Positions 38,671 to 49,355 of a stretch of DNA of 64,000 nt are shown here, piece by piece. The position numbers and the translations under genes were made by a program. The first letter of the stretch is position 1. The number at the start of each line of letters is the position of its first letter. The notes beneath the pieces are model-generated. The model did not search any database. It was not told the DNA's origin and worked only from the letters and a program-made list of their open reading frames with translations. The stretch lies in IMG/VR virus record IMGVR_UViG_3300032093_000024. The stretch is one strand, 5' to 3'. This stretch comes from an uncultured virus (IMG/VR IMGVR_UViG_3300032093_000024). Its lineage: Duplodnaviria; Heunggongvirae; Uroviricota; Caudoviricetes.

Positions 38671-38688
38671 AATATAGTTAAGATTTAA

Positions 38689-39930
38689 TTAGAATGATAA
38701 TTTCACTTTAACTAAAACTTCTTTATCAAAAGATTTAACGATAGGTTGTGATGTTTTGGCAACAGCAACACATTCGTTTGCATCATTGTATAAACCAATA
38801 GTTGTTAAGTAAGTTTGTGGGTCAGTTTCAAATGTAGTTTCTACAAAAGAACCATCACTATTTACATATGTTGGATTATTTGAGTAGTTAAATTCTCTAT
38901 TAGTTGCTCTTACAAAGAAGTGTTGAGTAGAAATGTTTTCAGTTCTACGTGCTTCAAAATCACCACCAAACTTAATAGCTGATAACAATTTGTATTGATT
39001 GAATTGTTCTCTATCTTGTGCTAAATTACCTGCTAAACTTCCACTAATTTGATAATTACCATCTTTAGTGTAAATAGTTTCAGTTGCAATTAAGTTTCCA
39101 ACAACCGATGCAACAGCATCAGCGTTAAGAACGATAATTCCTCTATCAGGATAGAATAATCCAAATCCTTCACCATTTGAACCAGTTGGAGTTTTTATAG
39201 TTGCTTCATTTTCAGTTCCTAAATTAAGAGAACCAGAAACAACTTTAAATGTTCTACCACTTAATCCTAAATCATCACCAAATTTCTTTCCACTATTATC
39301 AATAAAAGTAAATGTACCGTTTGAACCTCTTAATTTTAATGACCAGTTACCAGCATCCATTTTTTCTCTATAACGGCTTCTCGCAATGTTTATAAAATAC
39401 AATGAATTTGCATCAGTAGCTGTACCTGCAGAATTCTCAAATGAGAATTTAGTATCGGTTGGGTCTAACAACATTGCTCTATATTGTGCGTATGTTGCTT
39501 TGGTAGCTAATAAAGCAGAATCATTATCTGCTAAGTTCATAGAACCACTACCATTTACATGTCCATAAGCAATAGCAAATTGTACTTCTGCAGAATCGGA
39601 ATATAATGCTGGATTATAATCATAAACATTAGTATAGTAATATCCACTTTGTGCTATTGATTGTGCGGATGCTGTAAAAAATTGAGTTAAGGAACCAGAA
39701 TCACCGGTCCATAGACCAGTTGTAACCACTTCTACTTTTGCGTTTACCTTATCAAAATCACCAAATCTTTTATAAATACCGGTTGTAACACCAGAAGTAT
39801 TTGTTGCAATTTGTTGACCTGCAGGTAATACACTATTAATAAGTGATACTATCTGATTTGTATCAACCGTACCAGTATTAGCTAATGCTGCTATTTGGGC
39901 GGTTATATTAGGGTCATTAATTAGTGCCAT
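38689..39930 (-). CDS. Baseplate / fibre-attachment structural protein
   Basis: GLFYPDRG; NREFNYSNNPT; LTTIGLYN..VAVAKTSQP. Confidence 0.65.
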   Translation of the reverse strand: MALINDPNITAQIAALANTGTVDTNQIVSLINSVLPAGQQIATNTSGVTTGIYKRFGDFDKVNAKVEVVTTGLWTGDSGSLTQFFTASAQSIAQSGYYYTNVYDYNPALYSDSAEVQFAIAYGHVNGSGSMNLADNDSALLATKATYAQYRAMLLDPTDTKFSFENSAGTATDANSLYFINIARSRYREKMDAGNWSLKLRGSNGTFTFIDNSGKKFGDDLGLSGRTFKVVSGSLNLGTENEATIKTPTGSNGEGFGLFYPDRGIIVLNADAVASVVGNLIATETIYTKDGNYQISGSLAGNLAQDREQFNQYKLLSAIKFGGDFEARRTENISTQHFFVRATNREFNYSNNPTYVNSDGSFVETTFETDPQTYLTTIGLYNDANECVAVAKTSQPIVKSFDKEVLVKVKLSF

Positions 39931-39948
39931 TTTTTATTTCTTTTTTTA

Positions 39949-40572
39949 TTATGGTTTGTAAGTTACAGTTACTGGAATAGTTTGAGAACCACCGGTTTCA
40001 TTACCATAAACTGTCAATGTAGTTGCAATATCAATTGTTAAGTTTGGATTAGGTGTAAATCTAAATTCTAATCCACTTACAACTTGTGCAGTTGTTGTGA
40101 TTTCTTCTCCTAAAAATACTGGTACAGTTCCAGTTGCGGTTGCTCCTCTTACTACAGTAAGTGTACCTGCTCTTTGGTCTGCCAACACAACAGTGTAACC
40201 AGCACTACCATTTCCTGCTGGAGATGTAGTTGGTAATAAAGCAACACCACCTTCGGTTTGATTTACTGCTACTGACGGAACACCCAATCTTACAGTTGGG
40301 ATTTGTGTAGTTCCTTTAGGAAGTGTTACCAATTTATATCTCAATACTTGAGTTTCATCTGGTGAAGCTTCCGTAATAGGAATTGCTCTGATTGCTGAAT
40401 CATAATAAGCCGAACCCTTTGGGTGTGCTGGCTCATATAATGTGTAATCAATCTCATCATCACCTAAAGCGAACTTTGTGATGTTTAAAGACTGACCGGA
40501 TGCTAATTTTTGTCTACCTTTTTTGGTAAGAATTGCATCAACTGTGATTTCGGTATTATCTAAATATGCCAT
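39949..40572 (-). CDS. Baseplate / fibre-attachment structural protein
   Basis: DAILTKKGRQKLA..ITKFALGD, resembling the N-terminus of tail-collar fibre proteins. Confidence 0.6.
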   Translation of the reverse strand: MAYLDNTEITVDAILTKKGRQKLASGQSLNITKFALGDDEIDYTLYEPAHPKGSAYYDSAIRAIPITEASPDETQVLRYKLVTLPKGTTQIPTVRLGVPSVAVNQTEGGVALLPTTSPAGNGSAGYTVVLADQRAGTLTVVRGATATGTVPVFLGEEITTTAQVVSGLEFRFTPNPNLTIDIATTLTVYGNETGGSQTIPVTVTYKP

Positions 40573-40601
40573 TTGATATTGTTTTTATCTTTGTTTTCTA
40601 A

Positions 40602-40610
40602 AATAAATAT
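40602..40610 (-). promoter_or_regulatory. Putative late promoter motif ATATTTATT
   Basis: Upstream of the ATG at 40572. Confidence 0.6.
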
Positions 40611-40631
40611 AACCATTTAGTATTTTCAATT

Positions 40632-43600
40632 TTAATCTACTTCCAAAATTGGTTCTCCACTACCTCTACCAGTCTTAGCAACTCGTAGAATATTAGGATT
40701 AGTTGTAAATGTTTCTACAGGATCTAAACCATCTGGTGTTGTTGCCGCCGTTTGTTTAGAACCTTTAAAATATGAACGTTGTAAACCCTCACTTAATCCA
40801 TTAACAAATTTGTAGTGGGTTGGAAGGTATCCATTAATTGCAGTTACCGCTGTTATATCGTTTCCTATCGCTATACTACCACTAAATGGTAACAATGAAA
40901 CATAATATTTATCTTCATATGTTGTTATTGTACTATATACAATTGGACCAGATGTTGTAGTTGGATATCCTCCGGTTTGAACTTTTTTCTTCTTAGCTTT
41001 TGTTTCTTTAACTAAAAATGCACTAACTCTACTACCAGTTGTTTCCAAATTACCAAATACATCATCATATGCTCTATAAACTGAATTACCTCTTTTCGCG
41101 TACAAACCAAATCCTAAATTAGCTCTTGAATTTTTATCCATTCCAATTTGTTCAACCGAAAACGCATCAACTTCACCATATAAACTCGCTCCAGTTGGAC
41201 ACTGAATATTGATTGAACCCGTATTTGGATAAGTTGGGTATTCCGTTTCAAATAGCCCACCAACATTATAATCAATAGTACCACCATAAGTAGGATTTGT
41301 ACCTTCAACAATTGTTATAGAATCAGCATCTATGGTACTATCATAATTGTTTATATCGGTATTTAAAATTGTTAAATTTGTTGCATCTAAATTACTTTCT
41401 TTTACATCGTAAGTAGATTCAATTTTATCATTTTCTTGATTATCAATATAAACTTCAAAATCATTTCTTAATGATTCAGGTTTGTTCCACTTAACTTTAC
41501 TTCTTTCTAAAAAGTGTGGTTCAATTAATAATCCTTTAGAGATTTTAGCTCTTGCAGGTGATAAATCTGTCAGTACTTCAAATAATGATTTATCAATATA
41601 TTTAACTAATTGAATGTATTCGTAAATATTTCTATTTTCTAATCTTTCAAAATAATATTCTCTTAATACATCTAACTGTCTATAATTTTCTCTGTATTCA
41701 TCGGAAGGGTCTCCAATATAATTATCTATATTAAAATCTCCAAATGCTTTTAAGATATCCATATTCAACTCCTTGATTGGGGAGAAGAACAATCCTAAAC
41801 GATTTGAATCAACAGGTGCTCTATCAAACGCTTTTTCAGTTGCTCTAACTTTATATGAAAGATTTGTTTTTAATGTTTGTGTTTCAAATCTAATCTTATT
41901 AGAATAATTAAATCCTAATGATGGAACGGTAGCAGTTACAGTTCTTTCATATGGTGTATATTGATATGGATAAGCAGAAGCAGAATACATATTACTTGCA
42001 CTCGCAAAAGGTTCTCCATAGCTTGTGTTAATTGCAACATTCTTAATAAGTGAATCTTTTGTTCTATCTTTTGGATATTCAAAATCTAATCTGAAAACTA
42101 AATCTGCTGTGGATGCGGTATATGAGTTACCATTGATTGAATCAGGAAATAATGTATGATTTTCAAATTTACTTCTTTGTAGTGGAACTTCCCATAAACG
42201 TAATTCATCTACATTACCTTCAAATCCATTACCACCAATTTGTAAAGATGAACCACTTTCCCATTGACCATCTCCCGTCAACAATGACATACTTACCGAA
42301 GTAATTATTCTTTTACCATCGGTTGTTGCTAACCATACTTCATATTGTGAACTTGCACCAGGATAGTTATAACGATTAATAACAATATTTGAATAATTTT
42401 CCATAGAAATAGGAAAATCTAAACTACCGGTAACCAAATCAGGTCCATAAACATACTCTACGGTTGATGCAAAATAAGTTGTAGAAACTGATGCACTTAT
42501 GAATGGCGTTTCAACATACGCAGACGCTCCCGCATCACCGCCAAAATTTAATTCCAATCTACCAAATGAGCCAGTTGTTTTATATAAATTTAATGCCCAT
42601 TCACTTCCTGAAATTAGTGTTACATAATTTGTAGGAATCTTTGATGGTAAAATTCTAAATTCAATACAATTAGGATAATCGCCAGTTTGTGCAGTTGTAT
42701 GCCACGGAACTTTAATATTTGAACTACCATTTTGATTTAAACTTCCTGTTAAAAATATTGCTGCGGTTCTATCTTCAAATGTAAATTTACTACTTCCTCC
42801 TTTGGTTGGGTCTTGTGGTCCACCAAATTCCATTATTGTCAACATAGATTGAGGAACACCATAACAAGCCATTGCAGCCTTTAATGCTCTTCCAGTACCT
42901 TTGTGCTTTAATAGATATGGTAAGTTATTTAATATTCTTCTCCAAACTTCATTATTTGCTTGTTCAAGTGGCATTGAATATAAAGCGTTACCTTCTCTAT
43001 TAGTACCATAAACATATTCCCATAAAAAGTTAGTATTAAAAGCCTTTTTGGGATTCCAACCCATAGATGCCAATAAAGGTTCAACCAAAGAATTTATTAC
43101 ACCTTTTGATTGCTTTTCTTCAATTAAATTATTTGATTTTAATGCATTTATATACACCCAAATAATATCAAAGTGTTGACCAATCATATCCAAAAATACT
43201 AAAAAGTCATTATTATTAAAGTCTTCTTGTATATAAAGTGGTATATTATTTGAAAGATAGTTTACATTATATTTGTCATAAAATTCCGAAGAAGCTAAAA
43301 TTGTGTTATACCAAGTTAGTGCTTGTGTTGTATTTGATTGGTATAAATAATATCTAAAAATACCATCTCCACCTTCTGCTAAAAATTTTGGATATGCTAA
43401 TGAATTAGTAGATGTGTATAACCATTTTTCAAACCCATCAAAGTTTTGAATAATAGTATTGATTTTTTTAAGAAGTGAGCCTCTTTCATTTATTGAATCT
43501 GAACCATATAATATTGGAGTTTCATAAGATAATTCAAAATCACCTGTTTCAGTTGCTATAAATTCATCACCATCAATCTCTGGCGTTCCTGCTCCTAAAA

Positions 43601-45923
43601 CATCTTCGGTTAATACTCTACCTACATCAAATGTTTGCTCTGAAATTAAGTTGTATTTTTGAATATATCCTAGTAATAATTCTAATTTGTAAAAGAAGTT
43701 ATTAACTCTTTCTTCGGCAGAACCAAAATGTACAAAATTATTCCAAACATATTCAGAACCGCTCACATAGGTGATATTCAATTTTGAAGTATCAATACCA
43801 GTATCTTGAACATATTTGTTATATAATAAATTCGTTGAGTATGAGCCCGTTGCTAACAAATCATCAAATACCTGAAATCCAATACCATTATCCGGTTCTA
43901 CTCCAAAGTTAGGTCCTTTTAATGGTTTACATTCAAATGCACTATCACCTATCAATCTTATATTATCAATAATTGGATTTGATAAAATTTTAGAAATCCA
44001 AACTTGTTGATTTTCTTGAACAGTAGTTGGAAGTGGTTCGTATAATTTTAAGATTAGGGAATTTTCAGAACCTGTCCAAACTGTTATTAATTTATTATCA
44101 CCTTCACCAAAATGTAATAAATGAGAAAGATACTTTGAAGTTCTTTCTCTTAAAATATTCTTATCAAATTGAGAAGTTATAGCACTTGCTATTCTATTAA
44201 TTGCTACTTCTCTTGGAATTGTGTATTGACTTTTTACAAACTTAATAGTTACAAACTCTTCCTTACCGATTACAGTTTCATATCCGCTTATATTATAAGG
44301 AACTAATTTTAAATTAAGAACTATATTTAAAGTATCTTCGGCGATATTTTGTCCGCCTAAATTTAAAAGTTCTTTTACATTCAATTTTACAACCCCACTA
44401 CTTCCAGCCTGAACATACTTATCTCCGTTAAAAATTCTTACATAATCGGTATCTACTGAATCAAATGAAATTTCAAAATTAACATCAGTACCCGCAAAGT
44501 CTGGTCCAAATAATTCAGATGGGTATGAAATGTTTCTTATATCAGGAACTCCAACATATACTTCACTAACTACATTTAGAGAAAATTCTAACGGGTCACC
44601 ATCACCTACTCCTACATTACCCAATTGTAATCCAGTTCTTTTTTCTCGCGATGGTATTAAAACTATTCTATAATTTCCTATTTTAGTAAACGCATCTGCT
44701 GGTAAGGTTATTATTGCTGTAGGGTCACCATTATCTAAATTTGAAAATTTAAAAACATCGCCGCCAATATAAACTGCTAAATCACTAACACTACTGCTTT
44801 TTCTTATTGCAATAGGTAATTGAGATTTACTATTAATATTGTATTTTTTCAGTATTTCCGAATCAGGATCTACAAATGAAATTGTTGGTTTATTCGTTAT
44901 TAAAACTGGTGCTTGTATTGTTTCAATCTCAATCTTTAAATTACCATCCGCTACAAAATTTAATTGAACAGTTGCATTTTCCGGTGTTATTCTTACTAAA
45001 GGTCCACCTGGTAAAAATTCTTCTATGTTACCATTTGAATCGGTTACTAAAATACGAGAAATTAAATATTGAGTTTTATCAGCAGTATTTATTGAAATTG
45101 GAGTTCCCGCTAATTCCGTAAACGTATATTTTTTATTCGTAGTTAATGTGCTCGTATTTAATCCAATATACGAAACTGAATCTTGTAATCCAAATAGATT
45201 AACTTCAATTGTTACTTCATCTGATTTTACCGGTGTATCAATTGGTTTTGTATTTTCTAATTGAAAAACAAAATCAACTAATTGATTACTTTCATCAAAA
45301 ACAAATGGTTGTTGTATTCCATCTTTAAAATATTGAATTTTAAATTTGTATGGTGATATATTAGAATATACTGGTTGATTATCTCCCGTTAGTGGTTGAG
45401 AAAAATCCGGTATCAAACGAGTCTGATAACCAAATAAACTGTCACCTAAATTAATATTAGCTAAAGCATTAAAATTAAATTGAATATTACGCTCAACACT
45501 TATAGTAAATTCATCACCCGTTTTGTATCCTTCTTTTAATACAGTAATTTTTTTTGAACCGTTTTGAATTAAATCATCTAAAGATACATTAATTTTATCG
45601 GTAGTAGTTTTGAAACTATTTTCTCCATTAATAATAATTTGAGAAGGAACGTTTGAAGAAATGTTTACAATTAGATTTCTGTTTTGATTAATTGTTCCTG
45701 CGGCATTTGGGTCATTTGAAATCGGAATGTTTGTTCCACCACCAGAAGAAATACCGCCTCCACCACCTGACGATATATTACCGCCTGCATCAAAACCTGC
45801 GGTTATCTGTGTGGTAGTTCCAATACCATATCCACCCTCACCAAAATTTTGTGTTCCAAAACCTAAGTCAAAGAATGGATTTTCACCATCATCTAATCTA
45901 TAAACTCTATCGTATCTTCTCAT
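40632..45923 (-). CDS. Large baseplate wedge-like structural protein
   Basis: 1763 aa; MIGQHFD and LPYLLKHKGT..YG.P motifs resembling wedge / tail-I-type proteins; LamG-like region. Confidence 0.65.
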   Translation of the reverse strand: MRRYDRVYRLDDGENPFFDLGFGTQNFGEGGYGIGTTTQITAGFDAGGNISSGGGGGISSGGGTNIPISNDPNAAGTINQNRNLIVNISSNVPSQIIINGENSFKTTTDKINVSLDDLIQNGSKKITVLKEGYKTGDEFTISVERNIQFNFNALANINLGDSLFGYQTRLIPDFSQPLTGDNQPVYSNISPYKFKIQYFKDGIQQPFVFDESNQLVDFVFQLENTKPIDTPVKSDEVTIEVNLFGLQDSVSYIGLNTSTLTTNKKYTFTELAGTPISINTADKTQYLISRILVTDSNGNIEEFLPGGPLVRITPENATVQLNFVADGNLKIEIETIQAPVLITNKPTISFVDPDSEILKKYNINSKSQLPIAIRKSSSVSDLAVYIGGDVFKFSNLDNGDPTAIITLPADAFTKIGNYRIVLIPSREKRTGLQLGNVGVGDGDPLEFSLNVVSEVYVGVPDIRNISYPSELFGPDFAGTDVNFEISFDSVDTDYVRIFNGDKYVQAGSSGVVKLNVKELLNLGGQNIAEDTLNIVLNLKLVPYNISGYETVIGKEEFVTIKFVKSQYTIPREVAINRIASAITSQFDKNILRERTSKYLSHLLHFGEGDNKLITVWTGSENSLILKLYEPLPTTVQENQQVWISKILSNPIIDNIRLIGDSAFECKPLKGPNFGVEPDNGIGFQVFDDLLATGSYSTNLLYNKYVQDTGIDTSKLNITYVSGSEYVWNNFVHFGSAEERVNNFFYKLELLLGYIQKYNLISEQTFDVGRVLTEDVLGAGTPEIDGDEFIATETGDFELSYETPILYGSDSINERGSLLKKINTIIQNFDGFEKWLYTSTNSLAYPKFLAEGGDGIFRYYLYQSNTTQALTWYNTILASSEFYDKYNVNYLSNNIPLYIQEDFNNNDFLVFLDMIGQHFDIIWVYINALKSNNLIEEKQSKGVINSLVEPLLASMGWNPKKAFNTNFLWEYVYGTNREGNALYSMPLEQANNEVWRRILNNLPYLLKHKGTGRALKAAMACYGVPQSMLTIMEFGGPQDPTKGGSSKFTFEDRTAAIFLTGSLNQNGSSNIKVPWHTTAQTGDYPNCIEFRILPSKIPTNYVTLISGSEWALNLYKTTGSFGRLELNFGGDAGASAYVETPFISASVSTTYFASTVEYVYGPDLVTGSLDFPISMENYSNIVINRYNYPGASSQYEVWLATTDGKRIITSVSMSLLTGDGQWESGSSLQIGGNGFEGNVDELRLWEVPLQRSKFENHTLFPDSINGNSYTASTADLVFRLDFEYPKDRTKDSLIKNVAINTSYGEPFASASNMYSASAYPYQYTPYERTVTATVPSLGFNYSNKIRFETQTLKTNLSYKVRATEKAFDRAPVDSNRLGLFFSPIKELNMDILKAFGDFNIDNYIGDPSDEYRENYRQLDVLREYYFERLENRNIYEYIQLVKYIDKSLFEVLTDLSPARAKISKGLLIEPHFLERSKVKWNKPESLRNDFEVYIDNQENDKIESTYDVKESNLDATNLTILNTDINNYDSTIDADSITIVEGTNPTYGGTIDYNVGGLFETEYPTYPNTGSINIQCPTGASLYGEVDAFSVEQIGMDKNSRANLGFGLYAKRGNSVYRAYDDVFGNLETTGSRVSAFLVKETKAKKKKVQTGGYPTTTSGPIVYSTITTYEDKYYVSLLPFSGSIAIGNDITAVTAINGYLPTHYKFVNGLSEGLQRSYFKGSKQTAATTPDGLDPVETFTTNPNILRVAKTGRGSGEPILEVD

Positions 45924-45929
45924 CTAATT

Positions 45930-45938
45930 TATAAATAT
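45930..45938 (-). promoter_or_regulatory. Putative late promoter motif ATATTTATA
   Basis: 6 nt upstream of the ATG at 45923. Confidence 0.6.
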
Positions 45939-45939
45939 T

Positions 45940-47247
45940 TTATTGTATGTTTTCTCTTTGATTCATGTCTCTTTCAAAAATTTGTTCTCTACCACTACCC
46001 GCTCCAAAAAAGTTATCATAAGAGCTTCCACCTCCTCCACCTCCACTTATGACATCAGATTTAACAGGTAAATCTATCCTAATTGGAGTATCATCTATAA
46101 TTGGTTCTTTTGGTGGTGCATCTATAACTTTTATTTCACCAGTAGACGGTGTTTCCTTTTCCACCGGAGTTATTATTTGTGGTGGTGAGTCATCTATTGG
46201 TAGTATTGGTAAAAGTTTTTTCTTAAACTCTCTTTCAACAGTACTTATTTCTGGCTTCTCAATAAAAACTCTTCTAGTTTCAGGTGTTCTTGCATCAATT
46301 TTTTCATCCAAAGTTTTTGTTTGTAAAATTTTTGCCGCATCATCCATACTAACATCAGTTGTATTTTTAGCCAATGGATTTAATTGTTCATCTTTTGGTG
46401 GAAGATAAAATGTAATAGCGTTTACAATTAAAATATCTAGCAATTTCATAATTGTAGCTTCCGATAATTGTAATGAAGGTTTTGTTTTTTTAGGTTTGCC
46501 GTAATTCGGGTCTTTAGGAAAAGATACTCTATTTGTAAATTCATATTGTGCAGATTCAATAAATTTTTTGTGAACATTTGCTGCAAATAAATCAAAATTT
46601 TGTATTTTATATTCCGTTTTCAGTTTATTATAAAATGCTTCTCCAAATGTTAATTTCAAAGTATCAATTATTAATGATGGAGTTGTTGATTCAATCATTT
46701 TAAAAACATTATATATAATATCACTTTTAAAATCACCATTTGTATAAAAAATATTGAATCGGTTTTTAATATCTTCTGCATTTGGACTTGTCATTAAAGG
46801 AAATAATCTTACTTCAGTTCTTGAAGGAGATATCTCACTAATCCAAACTTTGTCTTTTTCTTGATATGAACCTAATCTTTTGTTTATTAATGAAATTTGT
46901 GTTTTAAAAACACCATTTGTAAAACCAGCTTCTTTTATTAATCTTTCAACATCAATAAAAAATTCAGAAGGTAAATTATTTCTTGTCATTGTTGTACCTT
47001 CTGCTAATAAAAAATAATTATTAATATTAGATGTTGTTAGTGGAATATATCTTACTCTGCCAAAACCTTTTTGTGGTAATTGGTTTTCCGAAGAATCATA
47101 CATTATAAATTCAATCAAATCATCTTCACTTAATCCAAAGAAAGATTGCATATCACCTTCTTCAAAGATTTTTCTATCTTTTGGATTAATTCTAAACGCT
47201 TTGTTTTGAACTACTTCTTTAAAATTTTTTAATCCTTCAGCTGCCAT
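45940..47247 (-). CDS. Hypothetical baseplate-associated protein
   Basis: In the baseplate operon; contains ISEISPSRTEVRL. Confidence 0.5.
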   Translation of the reverse strand: MAAEGLKNFKEVVQNKAFRINPKDRKIFEEGDMQSFFGLSEDDLIEFIMYDSSENQLPQKGFGRVRYIPLTTSNINNYFLLAEGTTMTRNNLPSEFFIDVERLIKEAGFTNGVFKTQISLINKRLGSYQEKDKVWISEISPSRTEVRLFPLMTSPNAEDIKNRFNIFYTNGDFKSDIIYNVFKMIESTTPSLIIDTLKLTFGEAFYNKLKTEYKIQNFDLFAANVHKKFIESAQYEFTNRVSFPKDPNYGKPKKTKPSLQLSEATIMKLLDILIVNAITFYLPPKDEQLNPLAKNTTDVSMDDAAKILQTKTLDEKIDARTPETRRVFIEKPEISTVEREFKKKLLPILPIDDSPPQIITPVEKETPSTGEIKVIDAPPKEPIIDDTPIRIDLPVKSDVISGGGGGGSSYDNFFGAGSGREQIFERDMNQRENIQ

Positions 47248-47249
47248 AA

Positions 47250-48281
47250 TTAACTACCTCCTGTCCATTTATCACCGGACTGTTTTTGTATTGATACTGG
47301 TACGGATACATTTGATTTTTCAGTTTTACATAACAATGCACCTTTGTAACTTTTATCTGAAGAAAAATTAACTCCAGCGGTTGGTCTAAACTCGTCTATT
47401 TTATTCTGAATTGTTTTTATTGTGATAAATTTAGTTTGTTTCGGTTTTAATGTAAATGAAGCAACGCTTTCAAATGAACCAGCTATTTCACCAATTTGTT
47501 CAAATGTTAATTTAATATCTTCTTTTGTAAAGTTATAAAATTCCAAATCTGGTCCATTAATCCACGTTCCTCTACCATCATCCTTTGCTCTACCTCTAAA
47601 CGTTAAATCGTTTTGTCCAGCTTCTCCTTTTTGGATTACTTTTACTGAAAATTCCGTACTTACTCTTGCACCTTCAGCCTGCTTAGCTTGTTTACCCTCA
47701 AGTATCTCTCTTAACTGGTCAGCTTGTTCTTTTAAAGATTGATTTCTTGCTGTTAATGATACTCTTTGAATTGCTTCGGCAGTTCCTTTTTGTATAGCGT
47801 TTGTTAAATCATTAATAGTTGATGATATTTTTAAATTTGCTTGATTAAGTTGGTTTTCAAAAGATGCCACTAAAATTTTTTGTGCATCTACATCAACTCT
47901 TAAACTTTCAGAAACAATTTCTAATTCATTTACTTTAGCTCTTAAATCTTCAACAATTGTATTTAATCTAACTACTTCCGCAGTTAAATCAATCACCGAT
48001 TGAGTTACTTCATTATATACTGGTCTTGGAACATCATCATTAGGTGGCGGTGGTGCAATAGGTATAAGTTCAAATATTCTTGTATCTACTGACCTTATTA
48101 ATTCCGCTTCATTATATTTTGGCTTTTCCAATCTAGCAGAAACTACACCATCTCTTGTATTATTTTCATCAAATAAAAAAATATTATCCGATGGTCTGAA
48201 TAATACACCAGAACCACTTACGGATAAATCTTTTACAAATTCTTCATTTGCAAGACCTGATATGTTTTTATTATATGGCAT
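47250..48281 (-). CDS. Hypothetical structural protein with a central coiled coil
   Basis: Heptad-rich middle region; in the baseplate operon. Confidence 0.5.
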   Translation of the reverse strand: MPYNKNISGLANEEFVKDLSVSGSGVLFRPSDNIFLFDENNTRDGVVSARLEKPKYNEAELIRSVDTRIFELIPIAPPPPNDDVPRPVYNEVTQSVIDLTAEVVRLNTIVEDLRAKVNELEIVSESLRVDVDAQKILVASFENQLNQANLKISSTINDLTNAIQKGTAEAIQRVSLTARNQSLKEQADQLREILEGKQAKQAEGARVSTEFSVKVIQKGEAGQNDLTFRGRAKDDGRGTWINGPDLEFYNFTKEDIKLTFEQIGEIAGSFESVASFTLKPKQTKFITIKTIQNKIDEFRPTAGVNFSSDKSYKGALLCKTEKSNVSVPVSIQKQSGDKWTGGS

Positions 48282-49355
48282 TTAGTTAGCTGCTAAGAAA
48301 AAAGTTAAATCATCATCCAAATATTGAGCATTCCCATCCAAATCAACTTTAAATTCAATTTTATATGTTCTATTAGCTTCCCAGTTTGAAAAATCTAAAT
48401 TAATAAAATTTCCATCCGTATCACAGCTAATTTTTGAATAATTACTAAAAGGAATTATAATATCATCCGAACTAAAATCTTTTATTTGATAATAAGTTGT
48501 TTGTGGTAGATATTTAACATCATTATAAGAAAACTTATTTGCAAAAGTTTTTAGAGGAAACAACTCTCTTCCAATTATTCTTAATTTATTAGTTGTCTCT
48601 TTTTTATATTCTTTCTTAAAATTTTTAATTCCTACTTTTATATCCTCTGCCGTCAAAGGTAATAATGAACCAGTTTGAAAAGTTTGGTCATCCCAACCTA
48701 TTCTAATTTTAGGTTGGTAAATAGTAAATGTTTCTTTACTAAATAATCTTACAATACCATAATCTTCAACATCTTTTTCTTTTTCCAAATCATATCTTAA
48801 TAAAAATCCTTCGTTTGGTATTGAACCACTCATCCAAGATTTTAATATAGGTCTTACATCCATTTGAATGTCACCTTTTTCATAATTAAAAGCCTGTGAT
48901 GCACTTTCATAACTCCACCATGTTCCACCAGCGCCGTTATTAACACTTGCAGAGGTATATGATGCTCTTATATTATCGTCATCCCAAACAAGTTTTGTAT
49001 CACCTTCTCTATAATTCCAAGTTACACCTTTGGTTGTTACCGCATCAAATCTAGTTCCAATACCCATTTCCCAACTTTGATATACTGCATTTGCAAATAT
49101 CGTATATTCCAATGGTATTTCTTCACTTTGTGCTTCTTTCATCAAAAGGGTAGCCTCTTGTAGTTTCTTTGAACCATTTGATAATGAAGCAGATAAAAAT
49201 CCAGTTTCAAATTTAATTAGAGCGTGTGATACATCTTTTACGTTTCCGAAATATACCTTACTAATTTCTAATATCTCATCCAAACCAGTATTTTGATTTG
49301 GCTGTTGTAGATAAACCGTTGCATCTTTTGATGCTGTTAAAAAATAATATGCCAT
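48282..49355 (-). CDS. Structural protein with a DNRLRE/CBM96-like domain
   Basis: KDATVY..PNQNTG, ALIKF, WEMG..VTW, NEGFLL and FSKE..PKI pattern. Confidence 0.55.
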   Translation of the reverse strand: MAYYFLTASKDATVYLQQPNQNTGLDEILEISKVYFGNVKDVSHALIKFETGFLSASLSNGSKKLQEATLLMKEAQSEEIPLEYTIFANAVYQSWEMGIGTRFDAVTTKGVTWNYREGDTKLVWDDDNIRASYTSASVNNGAGGTWWSYESASQAFNYEKGDIQMDVRPILKSWMSGSIPNEGFLLRYDLEKEKDVEDYGIVRLFSKETFTIYQPKIRIGWDDQTFQTGSLLPLTAEDIKVGIKNFKKEYKKETTNKLRIIGRELFPLKTFANKFSYNDVKYLPQTTYYQIKDFSSDDIIIPFSNYSKISCDTDGNFINLDFSNWEANRTYKIEFKVDLDGNAQYLDDDLTFFLAAN

